DNA from: Alloascoidea hylecoeti | Lineage: Eukaryota | Reading direction: 5' to 3' | Length of the DNA: 64,000 nucleotides | Assembly (NCBI GenBank): GCA_001600815.1 | Contig: BCKZ01000008.1 | Location: 899,885 to 963,884, forward strand | In this document: one piece after another, positions 36,001 to 46,489 of the stretch | How positions within the stretch are numbered: position 1 is the stretch's first letter | Layout of the letters: each line of letters opens with the position of its first letter | The notes under the pieces: model-generated | Databases searched by the model: none | The model's input: only the letters and a program-made list of their open reading frames with translations | Told to the model about the DNA's origin: nothing | Made by a program: the position numbers and the translations under genes

Positions 36001-37453
36001 AGCATTTATCGATTGTAATATTATTACTATTAGTTGTAGTTAATTGTGATATATCAATTTCTGCAAATATTTGAACATCTAAACCTGATTTTATTCGATT
36101 TATGTATGAATTAAATAATCCACCAGATGCGGCAAATATTTCACCATATCCATTATTTATAGCATTTCCTGTTGAGATTTTATTACCATTTCTATTACTA
36201 TTAAAATTATATGGTATTAAATCAAGAACAGGAGATAATGACTGTAGTTGTTGGATAAGATTGATATTCAATGATGAGTTAATATTAAATAAGCCAGGAT
36301 AGCCAGAAGTTGATGCAACAAAAAATAAACAATTATCATCATCATGATTAAAGGTTTCAGGAATTGTATTCAATGTGGATGATACATTTACTAAATCAGC
36401 TGGAAATGATATTAAATTTCCAACTTTTTTTAAAGTTGCTTTAATTTCAGTCTTTGGTGAATAACTTGTTATAGTTAAAATAGAATAATCCCCATTTTCT
36501 GAACCAAATAAAATATTATTTTTAGAAATCCATGTATAACATTTAAATGAAAATCGATCATTAAAAGTTAAATTTAATGGTTGTGGTTCTTTTAAATCCC
36601 AATTCTCCGATGGATTTGGAGATTGAAAGAATAATATAGATGATTCACCAATTAATAAATATCCATCTCCATTTTTATTCATTTCAATTGGTATTATTAA
36701 ATTATATTGTGAATCAAAAGCAGGATAATCACCTATTTTTTCAACATGTACTTTATTATTAGTATATTTCAATAATTTAATTGCTCTGTCATATTGAGGT
36801 GTCGCATATAAAATCACCAAAATTGGATACTGTGATTGAACTACAATCCATTCCATAGATATTATATTTATAGGACCGATTTGGTAAGAATTTATATCTT
36901 CAAATAAGCTCTGAAGATTTTTCTCGTTCGGAAAAGAAGTGACTTGTTTCACGGATTGTGAGAATTTCTTATTTGTTAATCCCACACTCAAAAAGCTAAT
37001 AAACCCAGCTTGAGAATGAAATGCTATTAATGGGACTTGTCTTCTTCTACCATTATTACTAGGAGGAGAATAAGAACATGTTTTTATAAAATCTTGCGTT
37101 GCAAGCGGACGTAATCCTCTTCCTTTTAGCCGTATGTCTTCTACCGTAACGACATCATTAGTTTTCGGATCATAAGACACGACAAATAGATCTTTATCAA
37201 TAGTAGAGAAAACCAACCAGTTCAGCCGTTTCGTTGTAATATCATTAGAAGGAGGAGTAAAACTGGTCAGGGCAGCAATTCGAGAATGGGTTGGTAATGA
37301 ATGTAATAAGTTTAACCCAGATTCTTTAGTAACAGAATATATTTCCAGTCCTCGAGATTTTCCTACTATCAGCGATGGTTTTTCATCAACGAACGACGTG
37401 TATATTGAATGTATTATCGAACAGCTTTCAACCAGAGGCGACAAAAGTGACAT
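33098..37453 (-). CDS. DDB1-like (Mms1/CPSF-A family) triple beta-propeller protein
   Basis: N-terminal HSIYTSF...SLIVGKSRGLEIY, LSPVLDL, FVVGTS, LLGTINGSI and FVDGLILQRYL match the DDB1 layout, with many insertions. First ATG at 37453. Confidence 0.75.
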   Translation of the reverse strand: MSLLSPLVESCSIIHSIYTSFVDEKPSLIVGKSRGLEIYSVTKESGLNLLHSLPTHSRIAALTSFTPPSNDITTKRLNWLVFSTIDKDLFVVSYDPKTNDVVTVEDIRLKGRGLRPLATQDFIKTCSYSPPSNNGRRRQVPLIAFHSQAGFISFLSVGLTNKKFSQSVKQVTSFPNEKNLQSLFEDINSYQIGPINIISMEWIVVQSQYPILVILYATPQYDRAIKLLKYTNNKVHVEKIGDYPAFDSQYNLIIPIEMNKNGDGYLLIGESSILFFQSPNPSENWDLKEPQPLNLTFNDRFSFKCYTWISKNNILFGSENGDYSILTITSYSPKTEIKATLKKVGNLISFPADLVNVSSTLNTIPETFNHDDDNCLFFVASTSGYPGLFNINSSLNINLIQQLQSLSPVLDLIPYNFNSNRNGNKISTGNAINNGYGEIFAASGGLFNSYINRIKSGLDVQIFAEIDISQLTTTNSNNITIDKCWFINSLNILIVLVLNSISTLRINLEEDTVELIDNWYDTESFTTTLLFVDTIIVDDIEYPLIATSTDIRIPVLNIQFSLDDRNKKIEHISKTSRSIIFTTKSNLYILSLPSLKIIEELNLEKEVTCLDVEEWDSKTVIALAFWNSGIYFYVYENDSNNTSALKGNKLFEWEQDNKTDEQFIKSLCLNKFQGDNNLYFFIGFGDGEVEIKVITSYSQRNKVSKFEFMKEIDNDDSLNCVIKYSDSPPKFRKCNNRDQILLISEGNVWKLSIDPHEFELQKQLPPRLNKKINNGCMVYIDKLLIEDISMICPSSSISSPSNCASDITVFVTKSTVLLSSLASYPDISMKQFQHSSLIRKMIHLPSLNLLVALSSKYEFSSSSNSSNSPSVPKPKCSLLLIDCESMDLIDSFKFPNDEEVISICELWDREYSVDGKIANSETYYDIPNKCNSLNALNGIKRHIRPGQFNESNLDSKIIEYESVNENGKEREHETEYDYNGYMTINDRLDSLFVVGTSLVSNLSGASGLDSGYLRLFSVSHDRKIKIKCAIKTNGNALALANYGGGLFVAGINEFICVYEVKIFDVMTLGNETGKKRKRKLSFTDYPNSMDIDEEENGNENSFGYMFQSVLSRETKVDDIVTCISIFDGIITAGNMTKTCSSFFLVKSLNYKGAHKHQEYDAILFQKDGKPFWLSSIDQASLDMILLSDTEGNLLVSGIDEADFDKLNDSYRYNILGASHEISSLEEKARYNYFTSANIEDNINVLKTVNTERLLLSYEDENKGKDLSTGTFNTLNRSCNKNLLSPRELYGTTLLGTINGSIYLHYYSKNKFYHEVLVRIQHKILGILKTLDYPSAGPKARMSYYFHTSFSSQVRMECINGDFVDGLILQRYLNFPPELQTVELIHCNVYFDILDVLKLVKGFAGLGVGTVQINVGGRVGQTEFDKNLYDKVENEPLSEDVKMRIDVTRLLP

Positions 37454-37667
37454 GAAAGACCAATGCTTCAACTTATTTGTATTCGTAATTGTTGTCCGAT
37501 GTGGGTTGGGAAAATAGTATTATTATTACTCAGTTGATCACGTGCACGGGATCATGTCATATTAGGTAAACAGTACAATGTATATTATGCAATAACTTAA
37601 CTATCATATATTATCATTCTATTCTATCTAGATTATAAAATACTATAGCTACAGACTTCCTTCAAAT

Positions 37668-38273
37668 TTAGAAAGCTTTTGCAACAGTTTCGTAAAAGCT
37701 TTTGCCTTGGATTTCAGCAATATCCAATTCAAGCTTAAGAGGACTTCTTGAGCCATCACCACCAGCAAGGGTACCAGCACCCCATGGGGATCCTCCGTGA
37801 AATTCGTCAAATGATGTGAGTAATGGGAAAGCATTCTTGTAACCCAATGGAACGTAGATCAAACCATGGTGGACGAAAGAAGATAAGGAGTTGAGGATAG
37901 TAACTTCTTGACCACCGCCTGGTGTACCAGTAGAAGTGAAAACACCAAAGTATTTACCGTGTAAAGCACCAGAAGCCCAAAGACCACCAGTACCATCCCA
38001 GAAAGATTTGAATTGAGCTGGGAAAGCACCGTATCTTGTTGGGAAACCAAAGATGAAACCATCGTAGTTTGTCAATTCAGGGACAGTAGCAATTGGATAA
38101 TCTGGTTTTGGGGGAGCATGAATGGCAGTTAAAACTGATTCTGGAAGAGTTTCTGGGACTTGTAAAATGGTAGCATTACCACCAGCGGAAGCAACACCAG
38201 CCTTGATTGATTCAGCCAAAGTGGAAATGTGGTGGTAAGTTGTGTAGATGATGATTGCGATCTTTGGAGCCAT
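37668..38273 (-). CDS. PST2: Flavodoxin-like NAD(P)H:quinone oxidoreductase (WrbA/Pst2 family)
   Basis: Motifs [25 protein letters not shown] and GGSPWGAGT. Confidence 0.93.
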   Translation of the reverse strand: MAPKIAIIIYTTYHHISTLAESIKAGVASAGGNATILQVPETLPESVLTAIHAPPKPDYPIATVPELTNYDGFIFGFPTRYGAFPAQFKSFWDGTGGLWASGALHGKYFGVFTSTGTPGGGQEVTILNSLSSFVHHGLIYVPLGYKNAFPLLTSFDEFHGGSPWGAGTLAGGDGSRSPLKLELDIAEIQGKSFYETVAKAF

Positions 38274-39576
38274 GATGATTGATTGTGATGAAGAATTGAA
38301 AAATAAGGGGGAACCTGCCTTTTATATAAATCATTTTCTAGATCAATTAATAACGTAGAACTTTTTCTCATGCAATTCGACAAAAGAGGTTTTGACATGC
38401 ATGCTCAACGTTGCTTATAAATATGCTGACTGTAATGCTGACTGTACTGCAGCTTTGTCAGCATATCAAAGTGTTACATAATAGGAATTATCTAAGCTTA
38501 CTACTATTCCATCACATCTCAAATTATGTCTCAATTGGAATTTGTAATCATCACGCAATTGCAATCATAATCAGGTATTTATAGGTATTTTTAATAGCTA
38601 TTACGCGGAGGTAAATTAATCGGTATTACCTTACAAAGAACAATGTATCTAACTGAAGAGGTCAGAGTAGATCAAAGATAGAGAACATCCCTACCGATCG
38701 TGATACACTAGCCGTGCGACGGAAGCTCTGGAGCTCTTGAAGTAAACGAGGACTTGGCGGATATCTGGGCTCTATGGAAGTAAGGTTAAGGTTGCGAAGA
38801 CGTTAACGTTGGCTGTACCGGTGAGGATGGAGGGCGCAGTTGAGACAAGAGATGCTGGATACTTTATAATATAAATTACATCTTTGTGTATCCGGATAAC
38901 GAGACTGTAGTTTTATATACTAGCTGAGTGACGGTAATACTTCACTGTATACTGATTAATTCAAAACATTTGATAATTGCAAATATAGCTGGTATCACGA
39001 TCAATGTTGTGGTATTGATGGTATATTAAGATATTTTTCCTTCTTAAGCTTTCAGATTTAATTAGAGTTCTTCTGGTCCAACCTCACAACAAAGTCATGG
39101 CTGGAGTCCAATATCCCAGGATGAACTCGGGGAGATTGCAATACGCTTGTAAGATAAGTGTACAAGCAAGGATTATCCTATAAAATGTCCGACATGAAAG
39201 AACCGATTTCTTGTGTGGGCGCCATCGGGATATCGGAGCGGCCGGGAGTCTCACTGTCTCATCCTTGGCTCAGAATATGTTTTATAGACCTATAGGCTAT
39301 ATTGAAAGCTGGCCACGAGGTTTGTAATGAGGTGTGGTAGAGTTCCCAATTGCGATTGAGGATTGAATAAATATAATAATTAATACCATTTATAAAATTA
39401 CGTATACTATATCAGGTTGAATCTAAAATTTCTGAAATAATCTATTACTTTCTTTAACTTCCCTTTAATCTAGCCCCAATTTCATATACGCTTAAATGTT
39501 ACGTGTCACCTACATGCACAAATTTGGAGGTGGGACAATAAGCGCCACAGTTTTACTTTGTGGGTTCAAAAAGATT

Positions 39577-39650
39577 CGACCTCGGAGAGGATTGAACTCT
39601 CGATCTTGCGATTAACAGTCGCACGCCTTAACCAGCTTGGCCACGAAGTC
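39577..39650 (-). tRNA. tRNA-Asn (GTT)
   Basis: Reverse complement GACTTCGTGGCCAAGCTGGTTAAGGCGTGCGACTGTTAATCGCAAGATCGAGAGTTCAATCCTCTCCGAGGTCG folds as a cloverleaf; a T-run follows. Confidence 0.95.
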
Positions 39651-40295
39651 ATAACGACGGCATGTGTCAATACCTATGCGGAATCCAGATACCGATGAAT
39701 CAGTACTGTCACTCACTTGAACTTCTTGAATCTAAATATAAATATAAATAAGATGTATTAAAGATTTAAGTTATAAGTTGGTTGTTATAAATCTAAGGCT
39801 AGTCCTTGGTTTGTGTATCATTCTAGATCGATTAGAAAAAATGGTGCGGAAATATCAAAAAAGCTTACAAGAACCCAGAGAAAACACAATTGATTCATTT
39901 ATTTAGCTTAGGATACGTACCACATATGATTTACTCTTACGCAAGAAAGCAATGACACAACTTAGATATGTGTAGCCGCTGTAGCGCTTGTTCCCAACAA
40001 GGAAAATATGCATATATATATGATAAAAATATTTGAAGAATGTTCGACCATAAAAATATTGAAGAGAAGGATAGGATTGGACAAATTAAGACTCAAAGCA
40101 TTGATAATAAATATCAAGGATAAAAGAGACAAAGTTCGAATAGAAGGACGAATTTATAGAAAAGACATTAGAATTAAGGGTATAAAAGAAAGAATATGAA
40201 ATATGCATAGTTATGCAGGGACAACCCAACGCCACAAGTGTTGAAGAATATGTGGAGAATATTACTCTACACCATCCCCTTACCCTCACACAATT

Positions 40296-40369
40296 GGGCG
40301 TCTGGTGTAGTTGGTTATCACATTCGCTTAGCATGCGAGAGGTCCCCGGTTCGATTCCGGTGTCGTCCA
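40296..40369 (+). tRNA. tRNA-Ala (AGC)
   Basis: GGGCGTC...TTAGCAT...GGTTCGATTCC...GTCGTCCA; G3:U70 identity pair; oligo-T terminator. Confidence 0.93.
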
Positions 40370-40384
40370 TTTCCTTTTTTGCAA

Positions 40385-41258
40385 AAAGTGTTCTGGGTCC
40401 TCCATGACCCAAGCTATATGAATGTAGGACTTCATTGGTTTACAAAATGAAATGCTCGACAAATTTAGTTGGAGGAGTATTCGTAAAAGTTTCTTCAAAG
40501 CAAATAATCAAAAAGTATTAGTACCATATGAATTGGAAAAAACCTACAAAATTAGTGTCAGTAAATGGGGTTTGCTATGGAAAATAATCCATAAAAACAA
40601 CCTTTATCTATCATCAAACGTTATAGATGATTATCAAATATTCTGCAGTGGTTCATTTTAACATTTTTACAACAACCTCAAAGACAAAAGGTGTCCTTGC
40701 TGTGATAAATTTGAATTATCCTTTGAACATGTATTCTGTACATGTGAAATTACAAAGAAAATATGGTCCTATAACCAAAAAGTGATAGATCTAAAAGAAA
40801 AAGAAATTGAAGTGAAATCTTTCCTTGACTTTAATCATAAGGAAAGAAAAGGATTAATATTAAGAGCGGTAACCGTTTTTTGGTTAGAAAATATCACAGA
40901 AGATACTATCAACAGGAGAATAATTTATCAGCATCTCAATGGAGTAAAATGATTGAAAGAGGCTCCACAAAGCTTTGTTCTGAATCACTTAGGTGCTATG
41001 GACAAAAAAAAGAAAAATAGGAAAGATGTATACATATGACATCCTTTACTCGTATTAATTGAGTAAGAAGTTGGAAATGGTGACAATAATACTATAAAAA
41101 GTAACAACATTACTCAAAAAAGAGTGAACCTCTAACATTAGTAAGAGGTAGTTTTGCCTAGTAATAGGTCTTTTTATTTTCACAATTTTTTGGTTGTTAT
41201 ATAGTATTTATAGAAAAAGCAGTTTAATATAGAGCCTTAATGGCCACTTGAAAAAAAA
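40385..41258 (+). mobile_element. 5'-truncated non-LTR retrotransposon (L1-like) 3' end
   Basis: Disrupted frame with a CX2CX8HX4C knuckle, CPCCDKFELSFEHVFCTC (40692-40745), typical of the ORF2 C-terminus; then a UTR-like stretch and A8 at 41251-41258. The 5' boundary is uncertain. Confidence 0.75.
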
Positions 41259-42019
41259 TATATATATATATAGCAAATATTGAACGACGGAAACTGATTC
41301 TTAGATATAAATAAATACAAAACAGATATTGTTGTGGTTTCGATTCTTTGTCTGTGTGATTAGCAATTCCAAAGAGAGAAAAATGCGGATTGATTTTTCA
41401 GAATCCAAGATATTTAAACATAGTATATTAATCAATGAAGTTGAGATTATTTCTCAATAATATTCATGTGTGTGGATATCACTAAGTCAATCTGAAGAGG
41501 GTTTTGGTGATTATGGCTTCAGGTTGAGTCTCGAACTCACACTGTTTAACAAATGTCCATTATCAGATTCCCCTCGTATATGAATGAAAAAAAAAAAAAT
41601 TCTACAGCTTTTCCAAAAAACTTGATACTTCTATAATAATATACCGGTACTTATAGGTATATATACGAAGTTACATGTAAGAAAAGAAAATCAATCAAAT
41701 CTTTATTTCCTGCAATTTTATCGCTGCTGCATTTCCGGTTACCATAATTGGCAGCTGCAGTCAGTATAATTATATATACTTATATCTAGAACTATGAAAA
41801 AGGCACTAAAATATAATTACTTAGTTATTTATATACATAGATAGTTAACATTTAATTATAAATTTTATCATTATAAAGGAGGGGACCTATGAACGTTAAC
41901 GTTAACCAAATTGGTAATGGTAATTCCAGTATTTAAGCTGAAGCTTAAATAACAACTTTTATAACATGTTGCAGATCTATAAACTGAGTGTATTATAGTT
42001 AGGCTATTAAGCTTATATA

Positions 42020-42193
42020 ATGTAATCGTGTATTTGGGTTTTCCAGGGTACAGGTTATGTCAATAATAATAAAATATTTTTTATTAAAATAGTTATTTGT
42101 CCTGTTATTTTTTTTTTTTTTTAATGAGAAATATTTTATTATTATTGACATAATTGAATTTGTATCCTGGAAAAACCAAATACACGGTTACAT
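42020..42193. repeat. Long fold-back inverted repeat (~70-bp arms), MITE-like or hairpin RNA
   Basis: 42020-42089 pairs with 42119-42193 with one mismatch, one 5-nt bulge and six G-T pairs. Confidence 0.9.
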
Positions 42194-42687
42194 ATAATAT
42201 ATGTGTTCATTGTCGTCAGCTCTACACTTACTAAATATTCCCATGGCGCAGTTATTGTCCGGTATATTCTTACATATAACGGTCGTTTAAAAGGTTGCAA
42301 AAATTTGGGATCGGTCAATTGCGTAAGCTCAGACTAGTAATCGACTTCTTTGATAACATAATTAGACTATATTTCTGAAGGAGGGATAAATAGGTCCAAA
42401 TTAAGTAAGAATAACCAAAACTGACTTTAGGTTTAATGTATTCAAGTCATAATTCTGGAAATTAAAAGTCAATGACCAATGATATCAAGTTTTCAGATAA
42501 ATATAGTCAATATATAAAGATAATATAATATAATCATTAAAAAAAAATTAAGATTAAATATATCATAAATATACTCATAAATTTCTATCTAGATACTAGA
42601 GATATCCGTTAATTAATAGTGTAACTACCACTACAATAACATATAGCTAAAACAAACAATCTCAATTGGCAAACACCAAAAAGAACA

Positions 42688-43872
42688 ATGAATCAAAATT
42701 TCCAAAACAAAAGAAGTTTCCTAACCACAAAACTTCGTTCACAATATGGTCAAACTTTGAACATTTCCATAAATCGCAATAAGATATTCAGTGATTCATA
42801 TAAGTTACTATATTACCGAACCCCAAATGAAATAAAATATGGAATCATAAAAACCACCTTTGTAGATGAAGTTGGACAAGATCAGGGAGGATTAACAAGA
42901 GAATGGTTCCAAGTTATTACCAAGGAAATGTTTAATCCGGATTACCTTCTATTCAAACATGTTTGTGGTGGAACATTATTGCACCCGAATAGGATATCAG
43001 GTTATGTTAATGAGAATCATTTGAGCCATTTTAAATTTATCGGCCGGATTATTGGGAAGGCAATTTACGAAAATATATGGATTAATTGTTGCTTTACAAA
43101 TGCTGTTTATAAGAAACTAATTGGTGTTGAATTAACGTTGGAAGATATGAAGTCCTTTGATATGGATTATTTTAGATCATTATCATGGATTTTAAATAAT
43201 GAAATATCCTCAAATGATACTACAGTTGCTAGTAATAATTTTATTGTAGATACTTTTTCAATTCAAATTGAAGATTTTGGTACCCTGAGTACAATAGATC
43301 TTATTCCAAATGGTAGCTTAACAATAGTAACTGAAGAAAACAAAAAAGAGTACGTTAAAGCTGTTATTGATTATCATCTTTATACATCAATAAAAGATCA
43401 GATGGACAACCTTATATTGGGAATTCATGAAATAATTCCTAAAGAATACTTCTTACCCTTTACTGTATCTGAATTACAGTTATTAATATCTGGTCCTACC
43501 ACAGTTGATATCAATATCTGGAAAGAAAATACAATATATGATTGTTGTTCAGAAGCTACGGTCGAAATCAAATGGTTTTGGCAAGCTCTTGAGTCATTTG
43601 GCACTCAAAGTCGATTGCTTGTTTTGCAGTTTTCAACTGGGTTATCAAAACCATTATTGGGTTGGGTCTCTAAATATGATAATGAAGTTAACAATGGTAT
43701 TAATACTCAACTAAGGTTTACCATTCATCTTACTGGTAATAAGAATATATTGCCTTCAGCCCATACTTGTAATAATCAATTAGACTTACCAATTTACGAT
43801 TCGTATGAACTATTGAGGAAATTCTTGCTATTAGCAATCACTGAAGGTCACGAGGGGTTTAGTTTCTACTGA
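42688..43872 (+). CDS. Stand-alone HECT-domain E3 ubiquitin ligase, Tom1-like
   Basis: Motifs GQDQGGLTREWF, MFNPDYLLF, FKFIGRIIGKAI, LQFSTG, catalytic LPSAHTCNNQLDLP and terminal EGFSFY; only 394 aa. Confidence 0.88.
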   Translation: MNQNFQNKRSFLTTKLRSQYGQTLNISINRNKIFSDSYKLLYYRTPNEIKYGIIKTTFVDEVGQDQGGLTREWFQVITKEMFNPDYLLFKHVCGGTLLHPNRISGYVNENHLSHFKFIGRIIGKAIYENIWINCCFTNAVYKKLIGVELTLEDMKSFDMDYFRSLSWILNNEISSNDTTVASNNFIVDTFSIQIEDFGTLSTIDLIPNGSLTIVTEENKKEYVKAVIDYHLYTSIKDQMDNLILGIHEIIPKEYFLPFTVSELQLLISGPTTVDINIWKENTIYDCCSEATVEIKWFWQALESFGTQSRLLVLQFSTGLSKPLLGWVSKYDNEVNNGINTQLRFTIHLTGNKNILPSAHTCNNQLDLPIYDSYELLRKFLLLAITEGHEGFSFY

Positions 43873-44968
43873 TCTTATTTCTTATAACGCATATATATGT
43901 AAATAATTGATTCTTAATATTGAAGGGGTTAAAACATTTTACATGAAATGTATAGAAATAAATATTAGTTTGAGGCAGTTTCAAATTAATCCTAAGCTTA
44001 AATATAATAACGAAGAAATCTACAATTAGTTATTTGAAAACTATGGTATTGATTTAAGTTTATACCAAATCGGGATTTAAGTTTGAATAGAAGTGCTAGT
44101 CCGAGCTGAGAAAACGAGCAACCGTTGTGTAGGCGAATTCGAATAGATTTGTTAACTATCTTGAATGTAGCTGGCCTTTATTTTCAGTAGCTTAGATTTT
44201 ATAAGTTTCTCTATAACTCTATATGTCGATTATTAGGTAGTTGCTGTTGTCCTACATATATTGCAATTGGTTGCATATCTTAATTTTTTTAGTATTCATT
44301 CTGAAACATCAATATTCTGTATTCTTGAATACCCGATATCGGTTATTATAGTGGTACTCGGAATTCCCATTGTGGTATCAAACTTGGATACAGCTTCTGG
44401 GATTTTCGTCCATACGTATTAGGTTTATCTAAAGATTGTTCAATTGTGAAACAAAATCTTGCATATTTTTCTGACACCCCTCCAAAAAAGGAAATATCAA
44501 AACCACCACCCACTGAGTGCTCCAAAAAAATGAAAATTTAAATCTAGAATTCAATGTTGGCCCCTTTAACGCCATGGGGCTGCCACCCTATGATCTCGAG
44601 ACATAGCTAGTGTCAGTCAAGTTATCAATGATATCCTGATCCACGAAGACCCAATATTCTGAAAGATATAAGAATTAGGTATTTCTTCACCTTTACAATA
44701 TATAAAAGGCTTGCAATCACAATTTTTATGAGAAGATTAAAAGTGCGCTCAATTAGGCTCGAGCTCAGGTCCGCTCAAAAAGGTGGCAACACCAACACCT
44801 CTATCTCCTTCTTACGAAACCAATTACCTAACCGATTATCGTTTTAAATGAACAACTGTGTTACAACTAATAAGTTTTTTTAACCTTTCATATCATTTCC
44901 AAATCAAAACACTGCTCCTTCCAGCATGAACTTGCATATTATTGGTTGCATGAGTAAAACCATCACGT

Positions 44969-45059
44969 GGCTCGATGGTTTAGTGGTATAATTCTCGCTT
45001 AGGGTATTACTCTGAGTATAGTTTGCGAGAGGTCCCGGGTTCAATTCCCGGTTGAGCCC
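44969..45059 (+). tRNA. tRNA-Pro (AGG) with a 19-nt intron (45005-45023)
   Basis: Acceptor stem GGCTCGA/TTGAGCC with C73; anticodon arm CTCGC-TTAGGG-[intron]-T-GCGAG; GGTTCAATTCC. Confidence 0.93.
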
Positions 45060-45452
45060 TTAATTTTTGTACTCATTTAGCTCTGTACCCCAACGGTTGA
45101 AGCCCCATTAGATCTTTAAACTTAAACTCACAACCAGCAGTCGTAGGATCGAATCTTTTCTTGTACATGGTATCGGAATGGAACAGAGCTTACATGTACA
45201 ATTAAATTACTCAACCACAGAGTTGGAGTTGCTTGTGGCCGAGCTTATCTTCATTTATGCCCAGGATCGAACAATCAAAAAAAGAATATGAAAATACTAA
45301 TAACCAAACACAGCTGATAGATCTTCAATGAGAATGAAATGACCGCCAAATGGCAAGGTTATCACTATGATAGCTCCCTCTCTTTCCTATATATCAATCA
45401 CAGCCACAACAGTCCGCAGCTCATATTAAATTGAAGTAGATACATGTACATA

Positions 45453-46489
45453 CAGTGGGTGATCTGTGGTTTTGTCTAATGCATGTTGCAACCTAAAATA
45501 TGCATAATTTATAAACATCAAATCTTATATGTATCTACACCTTGTGGCCAATTCTTTGTGCTGTTTTCTTAGCTCAAATTTGAGTTTATACCACGCGTTC
45601 TCATTAGGATTTAGATCGGGAGAGTTGGCAGGCCAAAATAGCAGGTTAACCTGATATTCCTCCAAAATCTCTCGGGTTTTTTTAGAATTGTGAATGGGAG
45701 CATTATCCTGTTGGAACATACCACCTTCAAACTCCCGAATAAAAGGTATAGCTACTGGTATCAACACTTCTTCTATGTATCTCTCAGAATTGATCGCACC
45801 AGCATNAAAAGTTNCCAATTGGGAACGTTTCTGACNCCCAAAATGCTGCCCACATCATGAAGGAGACATTTTGGCTTTAAATCTTGGTACCATATACATA
45901 CTTTGTATTGTATCCATCACCCATTTTTTGGAAGCAATACTTGGGGGCTGTTGAGCCAAGTTTTGAGATGGAAGACTCTTTAGAAAAGATTACTTTCTTC
46001 CAATCATTAATGGTAAAATGTAAGTATTTCTTAGCAAACAAGAGTCGATCAGCTTTGTTTTTATTTGTTAACAGAGGTTTCGCTTTCATTTTTTCCATCC
46101 ATAATTGTGTTTCTTTACTGTTCTCCGAATGGTGATAGGCGCCACTTCATATCTCCCCGAAGCAGCCAATTCTTTGACATTTTTTGTTGGACTTCTTTGC
46201 AATCCTCTTGTTAAAGATCTACAATCTCGGGAAAATAACTTTAGTTTCTTGGGAGCTGTACCGTAATTATCTACAGTGCCAGTTTTTTGTAGCGTTTCCA
46301 GACCCATCTCGCAGTACTTGGATCAACATCTACAATTCTTGCAGTTTGAGTATAATTTTTACCTTCATCAACCAAATAAATGATTTGATACTTTTCTTCA
46401 TCAGCTAACCTCATATATATATTGACTATAAATAGTTTTTACGACGTCGCAGAAAAAAAAGGTTAGGCAAAACCACAGATCACCCACTG
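45453..46489 (-). mobile_element. Tc1/mariner (DD34E) element, non-functional, copy 2
   Basis: 27-bp TIRs CAGTGGGTGATCTGTGGTTTTG(T/C)CTAA with TA on both sides. The interior is nearly identical to copy 1 but lacks part of the C-terminal region. Confidence 0.95.

Noticed and set aside
40086..40450. ORFs overlapping tRNA-Ala
   Set aside because: Incidental frames across a tRNA gene.
44330..44342. TACCCGATATCGG shared with 25598-25610
   Set aside because: A short palindromic match only. It could be a CCG-N4-CGG factor site (a caveat for the TER candidate) but cannot be supported on its own.
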